Shown here in pieces: positions 39,172-51,600 of a stretch of DNA of 64,000 bases; position 1 is the first letter of the stretch, and each line of letters begins with the position of its first letter. Source of the DNA: a virus. Taxonomy: Duplodnaviria; Caudoviricetes. The stretch covers positions 113,133-177,132 of the IMG/VR virus record IMGVR_UViG_3300013121_000023; one strand, written 5' to 3'. The position numbers and the translations under genes were made by a program. Below the pieces are notes generated by a model. That model saw nothing but the letters and a program-made list of their open reading frames with translations, did not search any database and was not told the origin of the DNA.

Positions 39172-40536
39172 ATGAATACGAGCGGTCTCATTTTGGATGT
39201 GTATGACGATCATGACGGCACACTGCTAAAGAAGTTCTTTAGTAGCGTTCAAGATATGCCGTCTTTTGTAAAAACAGCTCAGCAGGTAACGGCTGAGTAC
39301 CGAGACAAGCTACCTGATGATGTTTTTGCTTTGGTAGTTCAAGATGGCGAGCACAAAATCAAGAAGTACGCTTGTGTAGACGAAGGCAACACTGCCCTGT
39401 CTGTTCTTTATTTTATGGAGAATGGCGGGAAGTTGCCAGAGCACATGCAGAAGATTGCTGCGGCTAATCTCTCAATCGCGTGTGGATGGTACGGACTTCA
39501 AGTACCTGCCGACTTGGAAAAAATCGCTATGGGCCTTGGCACTATTGTCGGTATTCCTGGCAGGATCGCCACTGTACAGGGCGCCATAAAGGATGCCGAG
39601 GAAGCAGACAAAGCACTGAAGGGCGTGCCAAAGGGTGCGCTTTATGTGAAGCACGCAGAAGTTAGCGGTACGGCTACTGCGCCTATGTCTAGGGACACAA
39701 GAAAAGATAAAACACCGGTTAAGGTGTCGTCGGATCTAAATCCGACCACAAAAGATAACACTGGTGAGAAGAACACACCGCCACCACAGATGAAGCCCAT
39801 GAACATGAGTCCTAAAACGGATGCCTGTGGTGAGAGACCCAAAGAAGTTCAGGTAAAGAAAGCCAATCACTACGCATTGGGTGATAAATATCCTATAGAT
39901 ACGGCTGAGCAGGTTAAGAAAGCTGCTGCTTATTTCGTTAAGCATAAGGTGGCGTTTGAACCATCCGAACGTAGAAAGTATGCTCAGGCCGTAGCCGAAA
40001 GGGCTGCCGATCTATACGTTTCTATACCAGACGAAATAAAAGGATATGGTGGCACTAAGTATGCTTCGGCTGAAAGCATAGCCATGCATTTGAATTCTAG
40101 GGATTTGCTGCTCAAAGAGCGTGGTAATTTCACTGGCTCTGAGGTACTGCACAAGATAGCGGAGCAAGCGGGGTCTCTGCCACCTGAACTGTGGGCTACC
40201 GTTCTAGGTGAGTTCGATAAGACAGCTGGTATAGTCGAATATTACGATACTAGGCTGTACGACCCTTACTTCGTGACATTCGCTGATATGTGTAAGACCG
40301 CCAGCGAGTCGGGAGAAAAGGAGAACTTTTCTTGGTCAGAGGGTTCGCATTACACAAACTTTGGAGCCCTTAAGAGGCTGGCTGTTCACGGTACCCGCCA
40401 TCTAAAAGAAAGATTCGACGAAGATTTTTTTGAGGAGTTCGTAAAAGACCCTGTTGGTATGTTTGAGCATCTACCACTGGCAGAGAAGCGAGTAATAGCT
40501 ACTATGTCTATGGATCAGAGACTCAACCAGGACTGA
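39172..40536 (+). CDS. Putative virion protein with K-x-A motifs
   Basis: GAGG RBS; KTA, KIA, KHA, KKA, KTAS; KYPID..QV..A.YF. Confidence 0.7.
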   Translation: MNTSGLILDVYDDHDGTLLKKFFSSVQDMPSFVKTAQQVTAEYRDKLPDDVFALVVQDGEHKIKKYACVDEGNTALSVLYFMENGGKLPEHMQKIAAANLSIACGWYGLQVPADLEKIAMGLGTIVGIPGRIATVQGAIKDAEEADKALKGVPKGALYVKHAEVSGTATAPMSRDTRKDKTPVKVSSDLNPTTKDNTGEKNTPPPQMKPMNMSPKTDACGERPKEVQVKKANHYALGDKYPIDTAEQVKKAAAYFVKHKVAFEPSERRKYAQAVAERAADLYVSIPDEIKGYGGTKYASAESIAMHLNSRDLLLKERGNFTGSEVLHKIAEQAGSLPPELWATVLGEFDKTAGIVEYYDTRLYDPYFVTFADMCKTASESGEKENFSWSEGSHYTNFGALKRLAVHGTRHLKERFDEDFFEEFVKDPVGMFEHLPLAEKRVIATMSMDQRLNQD

Positions 40537-40537
40537 C

Positions 40538-41194
40538 ATGGACGATACGAATTCAGTGACTCTAAAAAATGCGTTCAAGAACAGTGACTCACACCCACTG
40601 TTTTTGGACCTTTTGTTGATCAGAAAGTACGGCGTCGACTATTTGGGTTGGTCGTATGAAACGTTGGATACGGTTATTCCAAAGGATTTTGGTATGACCG
40701 TATCCAGCTACAACATGCAGAAGATAGCCGCGTGTCAATCACTGCATCTAGTGGACACTTTCTGGTCTAGATGGGAAACTTTCGGATGGATAACGTCTGG
40801 CCTGCACGGAGTGCCGCCAGATCCAAACAACACCCAACTGTTCACAGTGGCTCAGTACATGGTAGCTGTTGATACAGCCACTAAGATACAGAGCCAAAAC
40901 GAATTCTCAGATGAAGTAAAAGCGTATGTTAGGTCTGTCTACATGATGGACCACATAGCTGTTCCTATAGAACCGTTGGACTTTGTTACTCTGGATGTTT
41001 CTGATTATCCAGTGAACGTACAGAAGATAACGGAGCGTTGGCCCGTGGTGCGTTCCAGTAAACAGGCGCCACACGGGAATACGATAGAAGATGAACAGCT
41101 TAGAAAAATGTTGGCCGCCCACATCTTTCTTGAAGATAGTAGGAGTCGGCTGAATGCACAAATGTCTCTACTAAAGGACGTGGTTCCTCAATGA
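40538..41194 (+). CDS. Putative virion protein
   Basis: Operon context. Confidence 0.6.
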   Translation: MDDTNSVTLKNAFKNSDSHPLFLDLLLIRKYGVDYLGWSYETLDTVIPKDFGMTVSSYNMQKIAACQSLHLVDTFWSRWETFGWITSGLHGVPPDPNNTQLFTVAQYMVAVDTATKIQSQNEFSDEVKAYVRSVYMMDHIAVPIEPLDFVTLDVSDYPVNVQKITERWPVVRSSKQAPHGNTIEDEQLRKMLAAHIFLEDSRSRLNAQMSLLKDVVPQ

Positions 41195-42114
41195 GCTACT
41201 CAAAGCAGCACGCTGTTTTGGCTTTTGTCAATGAGATCGAAAAGACAGCAGTGTCTCACAGCGTTGGGGCGCCACTAACTGCTGCTGCTTTGGGGGGTCT
41301 TTGGTTTGGCAAGAACAAGTGGGACGAGGCCAGGGAACGTGGTGAGGGTGTTGGGGACGCTGCTTTGTCGGCGCTCAAAGGTGGCTTGAAGGGCGCCGTG
41401 GGTGGTGGCCTGGTAGGTGGTGCCATCAGCAAGCTATCGCCCATGGTGGAGAGGAACTTGTCTCAGTTCGGACAGGCTCAGCTACACGGCTATACTGGGT
41501 GGACACCAAAGAATATGACGTACGAACAGGCCATGGCACATATGGACCTTGGTACGCATGGTGTAGCTGGTGATGTAGCGCGTTATAAAGACGAGTTGGC
41601 TAAAGCCATAGAAGAAAAAGCAAAACATGTGGGAGACCCATCAGGCCCGGTATCTGTACTAAAGCGACACCTGCTGGATAGAAAAATAGGTTCTTTGCCA
41701 GAACAGATAACCAGTACAACAGAGGAGCTAAATAAAAGACTTAGTAATCCTCATGTTGCTAAAGCTACCGACTGGCAGCTTACTAGTTTGCCTGGTTACC
41801 TAAAGGCGATGAAAGAGCATGGTGTATTGCCAGTTGCGAAAGCGTCTCTTAACGAAGCCTGGCACAGCGCACCTGGGTTGTGGAAGGCTCCGCTTATAGC
41901 TGGCTCTGTAATGCCTTTGTACTACGGAATCTCTGGACCGGTACCAGAAGACAGCAGCAGAGCTGAGGAAGTTGCCAAAGGCGTCGGCAGAGCTGTAGCT
42001 AACCCATTTGGATTCGGATTGCCCATGCAGGCAGCAAATGCTGTGGGCGATGCTAGTGGGTATATCGCTGGTTCAGTAGGCAAGGGCGTTGATTATCTGA
42101 TGAATAGAGGTTTA
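41191..42114 (+). CDS. Gly/Ala-rich putative virion protein
   Basis: AF.NEIEKTA leader, glycine zippers; TTA at 42112 (standard end 42123). Confidence 0.65.
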
Positions 42115-42119
42115 GCGTC

Positions 42120-44006
42120 ATGAGTTTCACGTACCCTTCAATGCCCGGTATGAGCAGCGGGCGCTATGCGGGCGGTACAAGGGGCCGTATACAAAACGCT
42201 GCCTCTGGTATAGCGTACCCACACCCGTTTTTCGATCTAGCGCATACCTACCTACCACCATCTGTAAAGATACTTCTGTTTTGGTGTAGGTATTACTTCC
42301 TAACCCAACCGATCATAAACATGATTGTGTTTAGGTTGGCTGAGTATCCGATTACAGAGCTGTTGGTTGAGCACGAAGATGCTGATGTTAGAAAGCTCTG
42401 GACAGATTATATGCAAGAGCACTTGGACATCAGATCGTTTCAAGTTGAAACTGGTCTTGACTACCATGTGTATGGAATAGTGTTTGTATCTATACACTAT
42501 CCTCTCGTAAAGACTCTGAAGTGTACTTCGTGTGGCTTTAGCGCTCCTGCTAAGAAATTGAGGGAGCACTGGTCATTTGTTAGCTATGAGTTCAAGTTGC
42601 GCTGCCCGCACTGTGGCGTAACTGCGGCAGCTCAACCAAACGACATATACCCAAGGAACCCACACAACATAAGACTGATAAGATGGAACCCTGAAAACAT
42701 AGAATCTCAGCACAACGAGATTTCTGGTGAAGTCTCTTATTTCTATAACATACCTAATCAAATAAGAAACGATGTAATGGCCGGTAAGAAGGAAATAGTT
42801 GAGACCACCCCTCAGCTATACCTACAGGCCATAAAAGAAAAGCGTGGCGTGAAGATGAGCCCCAAAAATCTCTTCGTTTTGAAGAGACCTAATCTGTCTG
42901 GTTTGGACAGAGGCTGGGGTCTACCTATCATGCTTCCGCTTCTGAAGGATGCCTTTTACCTACAGATAATGAAGAAGAGCCAGGAGACTAATCTTCTGGA
43001 GCATCTTGTGCCTTTGCGCGTTCTGTACCCGCAGCCGGCTACTGGTTCTAGCGATCCATTTACACTGGTAAATCTGACACAGTGGCGTGAATTCATAGGA
43101 AACGAGATAGCTCGTTGGAGAATGGACCCTGGATACATACCTATCGCGCCTATACCTATAGGTCAGCAATCTATAGGTGGTGACGGCAAGGCTCTGCTTC
43201 TACAGGGTGAGATAAACAGCCAGATAGAACAGTTGATATATGGCACGGGTGTACCTAAAGAATTTGTGTATGGCGGCATGTCTTGGTCGGGTACTAACGT
43301 ATCGCTAAGAATGCTTGAGAACATGTTTCTGGGGTACATACAGAGACAGCACCAGCTGGTTAAATGGATAGTGGAGTCAGTGTCTGCTTTTACTGGTTGG
43401 CCTAAAGTTGGTCACAGATTTAAGCCGTTTAAGATGGCCGATGACATCCAACGTAGAGCATTTGACTTGCAACTAAATGCCGCTGGTAAGCTATCTGACG
43501 AGTCTTTGTTGGCGAATGCCGATTATGACGCTTCCAAAGAAACTGAGATAGCTCTGGAAGAAGCTGATAGAAGACTTCAAGTCATGAAGAAACAACAGCT
43601 AGCCAACGCCAAGATACAAGGTGAAGCTCAGCTAATCATGACCCAGTACCAAGTGAAGGCGCAACAAGCCATGGCTATTGCTCAACAAGCTCCAGCAGCT
43701 CAAGGCGAGGCCAATGAAGGCATGCAGTCTCCTATTGGGCAGGGCAACAGGATGGAGCCCGGTACAGGTGGCTTGGACTTGAGATACGCTGCTCAGCAGC
43801 AAGCCATGTCCATAGCTGCACAACCACAGCAGGCACAGCAAATAGCCTTGCAAAATCTGGCTCAGATGAATGGTCCTGAGTTTGCTAGCATGGTTCAGCA
43901 AATGCTGGCCCAGATGAATGGTGCCAACGCAAGTGCTAATCCTTTGATGAATACACAGCCACTACCTGAGCAAAGAGCACCTAGAAGAGAAGCTTCAGCT
44001 GTTTGA
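42120..44006 (+). CDS. Probable portal protein with Zn-ribbon insertion
   Basis: CRYYF..PII...LAEYP, WG.P, GVP.EF..G, Q-rich tail; size and context. Confidence 0.65.
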   Translation: MSFTYPSMPGMSSGRYAGGTRGRIQNAASGIAYPHPFFDLAHTYLPPSVKILLFWCRYYFLTQPIINMIVFRLAEYPITELLVEHEDADVRKLWTDYMQEHLDIRSFQVETGLDYHVYGIVFVSIHYPLVKTLKCTSCGFSAPAKKLREHWSFVSYEFKLRCPHCGVTAAAQPNDIYPRNPHNIRLIRWNPENIESQHNEISGEVSYFYNIPNQIRNDVMAGKKEIVETTPQLYLQAIKEKRGVKMSPKNLFVLKRPNLSGLDRGWGLPIMLPLLKDAFYLQIMKKSQETNLLEHLVPLRVLYPQPATGSSDPFTLVNLTQWREFIGNEIARWRMDPGYIPIAPIPIGQQSIGGDGKALLLQGEINSQIEQLIYGTGVPKEFVYGGMSWSGTNVSLRMLENMFLGYIQRQHQLVKWIVESVSAFTGWPKVGHRFKPFKMADDIQRRAFDLQLNAAGKLSDESLLANADYDASKETEIALEEADRRLQVMKKQQLANAKIQGEAQLIMTQYQVKAQQAMAIAQQAPAAQGEANEGMQSPIGQGNRMEPGTGGLDLRYAAQQQAMSIAAQPQQAQQIALQNLAQMNGPEFASMVQQMLAQMNGANASANPLMNTQPLPEQRAPRREASAV

Positions 44007-44007
44007 G

Positions 44008-44037
44008 TAGCTAAAGAAGGGGGAGAAATCCCCCTTC
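44008..44037 (-). terminator. Terminator with TTTAGCTA tail
   Basis: gaaggggga-gaaa-tcccccttc next to TAGCTAAA. Confidence 0.8.
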
Positions 44038-44044
44038 AAGTTTT

Positions 44045-44386
44045 CTACTTCCTGTTTATTATCCTTCTTACTCTCACCTCTCTTATCTTGCGGACTATTT
44101 CACAGCCCGCGTCCATAAATGTTTTTACGCAGCCGTCGTCTCCAACGACTGCGAACCCGTCTTTGTCTCCCACCGTGATTGGGTAGAAGACTCCACTGTT
44201 CAATATGTAATAGTCCATTGTGTCAAATGCCATCTTGATTTGTTTCATTATTATTTTTCGGGCAAGCGTGCCAGATATTCCGAACCTTTGGTTAAGTCGC
44301 TCACATGCGTGGCGACTCATACCCTTTGGCCTTCTAGGGCTAGGGCCATTTGTCGTCGTCGTCGTCGTCGTCGTCAACATCGTCAT
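44045..44386 (-). CDS. Hypothetical protein (start uncertain)
   Basis: S.HA.ER..QR...VKT motif. Confidence 0.5.
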   Translation of the reverse strand: MTMLTTTTTTTTNGPSPRRPKGMSRHACERLNQRFGISGTLARKIIMKQIKMAFDTMDYYILNSGVFYPITVGDKDGFAVVGDDGCVKTFMDAGCEIVRKIREVRVRRIINRK

Positions 44387-44870
44387 TGTCGTCTTCTCCA
44401 GTGAAAATGTCCCACAACTCTTCGTTTGAGTTCATAGCTACTGCGCAATCGAAACAAACGAAGGTCGCATTGTTCTCATCGATTTTTATGACCGGTGAGA
44501 TTGGGGCCGCATTTTCTTTGTATATAGGGCTCTTTTTTGGGGCCGTTATTTTTGCTTCTGCCGCTCTTATGCATTGCACTTGATAAGCAATAAATCTACA
44601 GCAGCGTGAACATACGCACGCTGGATCTGACGTTTCTCCCTCTTCTACTGCTACAGGTACGTCAGATACACTGTTGAACAACTCCCCCCAACAGTGCTCA
44701 TGCATTATTAGAGGATCTTCCTCCTCTATTATGAAATTTGGTAGATTGTGCATCCTTTCGAAAAATCCAATATTCAGCACTACTACCAACTCTTTGCATT
44801 TGAAGGAATCGCCGCATGTGCAAGCGAATTCTTCTTCTAGTATTGCATTAATAATTTCGTCAACGTCCAT
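44340..44870 (-). CDS. Acidic Zn-binding protein
   Basis: CxC, HxxC, CxxC; poly-Asp tail. Confidence 0.6.
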   Translation of the reverse strand: MDVDEIINAILEEEFACTCGDSFKCKELVVVLNIGFFERMHNLPNFIIEEEDPLIMHEHCWGELFNSVSDVPVAVEEGETSDPACVCSRCCRFIAYQVQCIRAAEAKITAPKKSPIYKENAAPISPVIKIDENNATFVCFDCAVAMNSNEELWDIFTGEDDNDDVDDDDDDDDKWP

Positions 44871-45382
44871 TTAACCTTTACAGTTTCTACTGATATCCAT
44901 CTTCTCATTATCCTTTCATACTCTGTACTGTGTTCAAACAAGAACAATCTTTCCAAATAATCTCCACCATCAAAATGTATACGTCTTTCTATTTCCGTGT
45001 ATAGTGCAATATCAAATCCAATGTCTTCGATCTCTCTGACATAGAGATCGTCTTGAAGGTCAATCTGGTCCATGGTGAACCCAACGTACTGCCTACTATC
45101 AACGTTTACGTAAGGCTCGTCTAGCCACGGACATTCATCACCACTATCATACATACCTATTAGATGTTCAAAATCCCTTTGATTTATAAATGTGGAGAAC
45201 CCACGGTTATCCACAAGTCTTACTCTCAGACCGTATCTATTGGTGGGGTAAAAGAATCCACTAACTGACCAGTGTCTGTTTTTTACTACGGGATCTTTGA
45301 CTTGATACCCGATCAAGCCAAAAGTGTCTGGTAGCATCAGTGATACTACCGGTCTTGGTATTGTCCATGGGTTAGTAATCAT
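44852..45382 (-). CDS. Hypothetical protein
   Basis: Start MITNPW; ends TTA TTA (standard end 44837). Confidence 0.6.
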
Positions 45383-45664
45383 TAGTAACCAAGATTTATC
45401 CTTCTTACTATGTGGGCATTTGCTGCCCAAACGATTCCAAGTGCAAATGACTTTATAAATAGCCAAATCATTCGTCCTCCTTATCATCATCCTCGGTCTT
45501 TCTTTCTGGGTTGTATATTTCTTCTATTAGTTGTTCAAACATTGCACATGTGTTTGCACATGTGTTTGACTCGTTCGACTCGTCTGTTTCTTCTGGTTCT
45601 CTCATCTTGTTTCTTATGCCAGTTAGAGCTATGCTTTTACGGCCTATATACTGGAATCGAGAAC

Positions 45665-48600
45665 ATGGCTCATCTAAACCCGCAAGAGGCTCACGAGTAT
45701 TTTCAGGGTAGGGTTATCGAAGCGCTTAAATCCGGCTTTCCAATAACCGGTAAGTACTACGACCTCCACCTTGAGAATGTCCAAGCCAAGGACAACTTGG
45801 GCGTAGATGACATCCACGAACAACACCGCGCAAGAGTGGCCGGTGAAACGTGGTCTGTACCAGTGCACGGTACAGTCGTCATCAAGGACAAAAACGGTAA
45901 AACGCTGTCGTCGTCCAACATGAAGTTGGTAGATGTACCTAAGATGACAGCTCGCCACTCCTATATAGTCGGGGGTCAGGAGTACCAGCTAGACAACCAA
46001 TGGCAACTAAAGCCCGGTGTTTATGTTCGTCGCGATAGAAAAGACAACATAGAGGCTCAAATAAATGCCATAGGTAGGGGCGGCGGATTTGGTATAAATT
46101 TCGATACTACGTCCAAGGTATTCAACCTTGAGTATAACAAGGCAAACATACCTATTTACCCCATCATGAAAGCTCTGGGAGCTAATGATGCGTATCTAGA
46201 GAGTATTTGGGGTAAAGACGTTTTTGAAGCCAATGCGAAAGCTAAAAACGTCAGTAACTCTCTTGCTAGGTTTTACAAGACCACGACCAACAAAGAGCCG
46301 GCATCTGTAGAGGAAGCCGCTCAACACGTTCGTACATTCTTGGGAAATCTGAAAGTACGACCAGAAGTTACGAAAATAACTCTAGGAAAAGAGTTCAGCG
46401 GAATAAACGGTGATTTGCTACAAAGCGCCACCGAGAAGATGCTGAAGGTACAAGCGGGACACCCCGAAGATGATCGAGACTCTTTGGTCTTCAAAGATCT
46501 TAGATCTGGTGGTGACTACGCGCACGACCAACTGGTGTCTGCCCTTAGAACTATAAAGACAAAAGTTCAGCGTAAGTTGAACTCCATGCAGCAGCCAGAT
46601 GTATATGGCTCCTTTCACCACGATTATTTCAATAAGCCTATTAAAGGCATATTTGAATCGTCTGTAGGTAGGCTGGCGTCACAGATAAACCCAGTAGAAA
46701 TGCTATCGTCGTCGTTTCAAACGACTATACTTGGTCCTGGTGGCATATCGTCTGTGGAGCGTATAAATGATGAGGCTAAACTCATCAACCCATCACACTT
46801 TGGTCTACTGGACCCAATTGTTACTCCAGAGGGAGACAAGACAGGTATTACCCTCAGACTACCGATGGGCGTTAAGAAAGAAGGACGTACTCCGGTAGTA
46901 CGTATGTACAACCTAAAGACTGGCGTCACAGAATTGGTACCGCCAGAGAAGCTGCTTAATTCAAAGGTTGTATATCCAGACCAAATAAAGTGGGAACAGT
47001 CCGGCGGTAAGATGGTACCTAAAGCCATTACTGCCGAAGTAAAAATGATGGGCGAAGGTAATAAGCTGGTAGTCGGCAATATGAAGGATGCCGACTACGC
47101 TATGTTGCATCCGTCTCAATTGTTTAATCCGGTAACCAATCTAGTTCCATTTATTGGTAACGTTGCTGCAAACAGAGTAGCTATGGCTGCCAGGCACATG
47201 GAGCAATCTGTGTCTTTGCTGCATAGGAAGGCTCCTCTTGTTCAGGTCTCTACAGGTGCCAATGTAGAAGGCGCAAAAACGTTTGAAGAATTGATTGGTG
47301 GAAAGTCAGCGCACAAATCACCAGTATCTGGCACGGTTCATAGCGTGTCTGACACCGATATCATCGTAAAAGACGATAAAGGTAAGCATCACTCAATACA
47401 GCTATACAAGAACTTCCCTCTAAACGACGCTAAGTCGATGCTTACGTCCATCCCAATAGTGAAGAAGGGCGACAGCATAAAGGCGGGTCAGGTAGTAGCT
47501 GACACTAACTTCACGGATAAGGGCGAGATAGCACTAGGTACGCAATTGAACGTGGCGTACATGCCCTATCGCGGGCTTAACTTCGAAGACGGCCTTGTCA
47601 TCAGTGAGAGGGCGCGAGATCTACTGACTTCAGTACACCTTCACAAACCATCCATCACTCTAGACCAGAAGATGGATACCAACCCAAAGCACTTCATTAC
47701 TAGGCTTCCACTGGCGTTCAAGAAAGACCAGTTGAAGAACATAGGTGATGATGGTGTCATCAGAGTTGGTTCGGTTGTAAAGCCAGGAGACCCTCTAGTA
47801 CTAGCCTCAAAGCCGTTCGAACTGAAGGATAGGATCGGTTTGGCCGCCATTCAAAAGAGTATGTCGGCTACGCACAATGACCGGTCTCTTAGGTGGGAAA
47901 GCGAGTTTGACGGCAAGGTAGTAGACGTACATAAGAACAATGACGGTACCATATCTGTGCATGTGGCTACAAACGAGCACATGACAGTGGGCGACAAGCT
48001 GTCCAATAGATATGGTGGTAAGGGTATTGTTGTTTCGATTTTGCCAAACGACAAGATGCCTAGGACCAAAGATGGTCGTATAGCTGACGTTCTGTTTAAT
48101 CCTACCGGTGTAGGTGGTAGGCAGAATCTGGGGCAGATATATGAAACAGCTATTGGCAAGGTTGTCGAAAAAACAGGTAAGAAGTACATAGTTGATAATT
48201 TTGCGCATGGAGTAGATTTCAGGGAAAAGCTAGAAAAAGAGCTAAAAGCGCACGGCGTAAAAGACAAAGAAGAAATGATAGACCCTGAGACAGGTAAGTC
48301 TTTGGGTGAGGTTCTTATTGGACCTCAACACATGCTTAAGCTGGTTCACCAGATTGAAAAGAAGACAGCCGTAAGGTCTGGCATGTCTTTGCCAGGTCTG
48401 CCCAGTGCAGAGGGATATAACTCTAATCTACAACCCAGTGGCGGCGGTCATCATGGTGGGCAATCACCTGGAGCCTTGGGTATCTACGCACTTTTGGCTC
48501 ACGGAGCTGTTCACAATATCCGTGAGATGCAGACATGGAAGAGCGAAGGTATAGACCCGGAGACAAATCCAGAGAAGAGATGGAAAGACGGTCAACACGC

Positions 48601-51600
48601 TAGGGTATGGGCTGCCATACAAACTGGCTCCCCACTACCCACACCAACGCCTACCTTTGCGTTTAAAAAGTTCACAGACATGCTCAAGGGGGCTGGTGTG
48701 AACATAGAGAAGAAGGGTCACGACCTGATTCTTTCCCCGCTTACAGACACGCAAATACTTCGTATGGCTGGAGGCTCAGCAGGTGAGCTAAAGAAGCCGC
48801 ATTTGGGTGTTACGGAGAGGAAGATAGAAGGTCTGCATGAACCAACACCAGAACATGGCGGCATATTTGATCCAAGGGTTACCGGTGGTCTGGGCGGTAA
48901 TAAGTGGAGCTACATAAAGCTAGCCGAACCGGTACCAAACCCTCTGTTTGAAGACCCCATACGTTACATAACTGGTCTCAAGACGGATGTGTTTAGGGAT
49001 TTGGTAGAAGGAAAGAAAGCCGTAGTACCAGGCACAAAAAATTTTGTGGATGTAGGTACGGCAGGCTCCATTACTGGAGGACCGGCGATAAAAAGCATTC
49101 TAGAGAAGATTGATGTAGATGCAGAGCTTAGGAGCGCGTCAGCAGCACTTAAGACAGCTCCATCATCTGGCGTAGACGCTTTGATGAAAAAGGTAAAGCA
49201 TCTTAGAGCGCTTAAAGATATGGGTATGAAGCCAGCAGAAGCTTATGTGCTGAGCTACATGCCAGTCATGCCGCCTTCAGTCAGACCATTGTCTGTGCTG
49301 CCTACAACTGGCGATATAAAGTTTGACGATATCAACGGTCTGTACAAAACCTTTGGTACGATCAATTCAAAGTTGGAACAAAGCATAAAGGCTGGTCAAA
49401 CTACCGATAAGATGAAATCAGCTCTTAGAGCTGATGTGTACGACGGTATGAAGGCCATCATGGGGTACGGCGTACCCTATGGGGATGCTAAGTACAAAGG
49501 CATACTGCACATCATAGCTGGCAGTTCACCGAAGGAAGGGTTCTTCCAGAAAGGTCTTGTGCAGAGAAAGCAAGACCTTTCTATGAGAACAACAATCATA
49601 CCTGAGCCAAGCCTTGGACTAGATGAGGTTGGTCTTCCAAAGAAGAGCGCCTTGAAATTGTTTACTCCTTTTGTTGTCAGGGAGCTTCACAGAACCGGTG
49701 CTGCAAAAGATGTAGCAGATGCACAAAAGTTGATAGCGAAGACCATTCAGGGAGAAGACAATAAGTCTGTGTGGTCGGCTCTGGACAGGGCCATGGAAAG
49801 CAGACCTGTGTTGCTTAAGCGAGACCCAGCTCTGCATAAGTACTCTTTCCAAGCGTTTAAGCCAAAAGCTGTGGAGGGAGCTGCTATCCGAATACACCCT
49901 CTGGTTACGGGTGGCTTCAACGCAGACTTTGACGGCGATAGCATGTCTGCCTTTGTTCCTGTATCCCCTGAAGCTGTGCAAGAGGCTCATAAGTTGATGC
50001 CCTCCAATAACTTGTTTATGGAGAGCAGTGGCAAGATAGCCTATGTGCCTACACTGGAATCGCAGCTAGGTTTGTACAAGATGACCCTTCGTGGCAAAGA
50101 CACGAAGCACCATTTCAGCAAACCAGAAGATGCTATACATGCTCTAGAAAAGGGGTCTGTAGATATAACAGACGTGGTGCATATTGACGGGAAGCCAAGT
50201 ACGCCAGGCAGAGCGCTGTTGTCGCACGTACTCCCAGATAATATGAAAACGTCTATGCTACACAGCATAGATACACCATTGGATAAGAAGGGCCTCACTG
50301 CTCTTCTTACTTCTTTGGGTAAGCACGACAGTAGGTCTTTCGGTGGCGTGGTTAACCAGATCAAAGATTTTGGTAACCACATGGCTACCGGAATAATACG
50401 GTCTCCTATAACTGGAAACCCGTTTAGCGTAAAAGCTCACTCTTTGGGGCTGGAAGACCTTAAGGCTGATAAAGAAACCAGGGCTAAAGTAGTTTCTGAT
50501 ACAGAAGCTAAGCTCAAGGTTCAGCTAAGCAATCCTAATCTAACCCCTATACAAAGAGAGAAGATAACAGTAGATGCTTGGGCTTCTGCTACCCCTATGT
50601 TGGATAAGATGCACGCCGCTAAAGAATCCTCAAAGGATTCTAATCTGTTCGTTATGAGACAGGCCGGTATAAAACCAGACGCTACTCAGTACAGACAGAT
50701 AATGATAGCTCCTATGCTCTATAGGGACTCTAAAGGAAACGTCGTACCTACGCCGGTACTAAGATCGTTTTCAGAGGGTCTAGACATGCCTGGGTACTGG
50801 ACTAGCCTGTATGGCGCTAGGAGTGGTGCCGTACAGAAGGTTCAAGAGGTTCAGGAACCGGGGTATATGACCAAGCTACTCCAAAATACGGCTATGAATC
50901 AAGTCGTGGATAAGCACGATTGTGGTACAAAACACGGTATATCGATGGGCGTGTTCGACCATGATGTACAAGACAGAGTATTGGTCCATGCACACGGTGA
51001 TTACCCAGCCGGTACAATCATAACGCAGTCTGTTTTGGACAACATAAGATCCAAGGACAAAAATGCTAAATTGGTAGTTAGGTCTCCACTTAAGTGCGAG
51101 TCTAATCAGGGTATATGTCAGAAGTGCGCCGGTTTGTCTTCTCACGGGAACTTCTATGACATAGGCACCAACATAGGTATTTTGTCTGCGCACGCAGTTG
51201 GCGAGAGAGCCGTCCAGTTGACACTAAAGAGCTTTCACACTGGCGGCGCTGCTACTGGCGGAAGCAAGACTCTGAGTGCTTTTGGTAAGTTTCAGCAGCT
51301 CATGAATCTAAACGATGAGATACCTGACCAAGCCACAATTGCTATGAGAGATGGCAAAGTGGAGAAGATCGAGAAGGACGCAACTGGTGTAAAGGTCTAT
51401 ATAAATGGTCACGCACACCATATATCAAAAGACCGGCACGGTTTCTCTCTTCACGAACCAGTATCTCACCTAGTAGGTACGACTGGGTACGAACACTGGA
51501 AAGCTCCTAAAGTTGGTGAATACTTCAAGGCTGGGGAGCCGCTAAGCGATCCCAACAGAACTACGGTCAACCCGCACGACCTGTACAAAGCGACGAAGAA

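Noticed and set aside
44351-44392. (GTC)n microsatellite
   Set aside because: It encodes the poly-Asp tail of the 44340..44870 protein.
45410-45664. N-terminal 85 aa of the 2221-aa ORF
   Set aside because: It overlaps opposite-strand small genes and a promoter motif and contains TTA; ATG 45665 is the likelier start.
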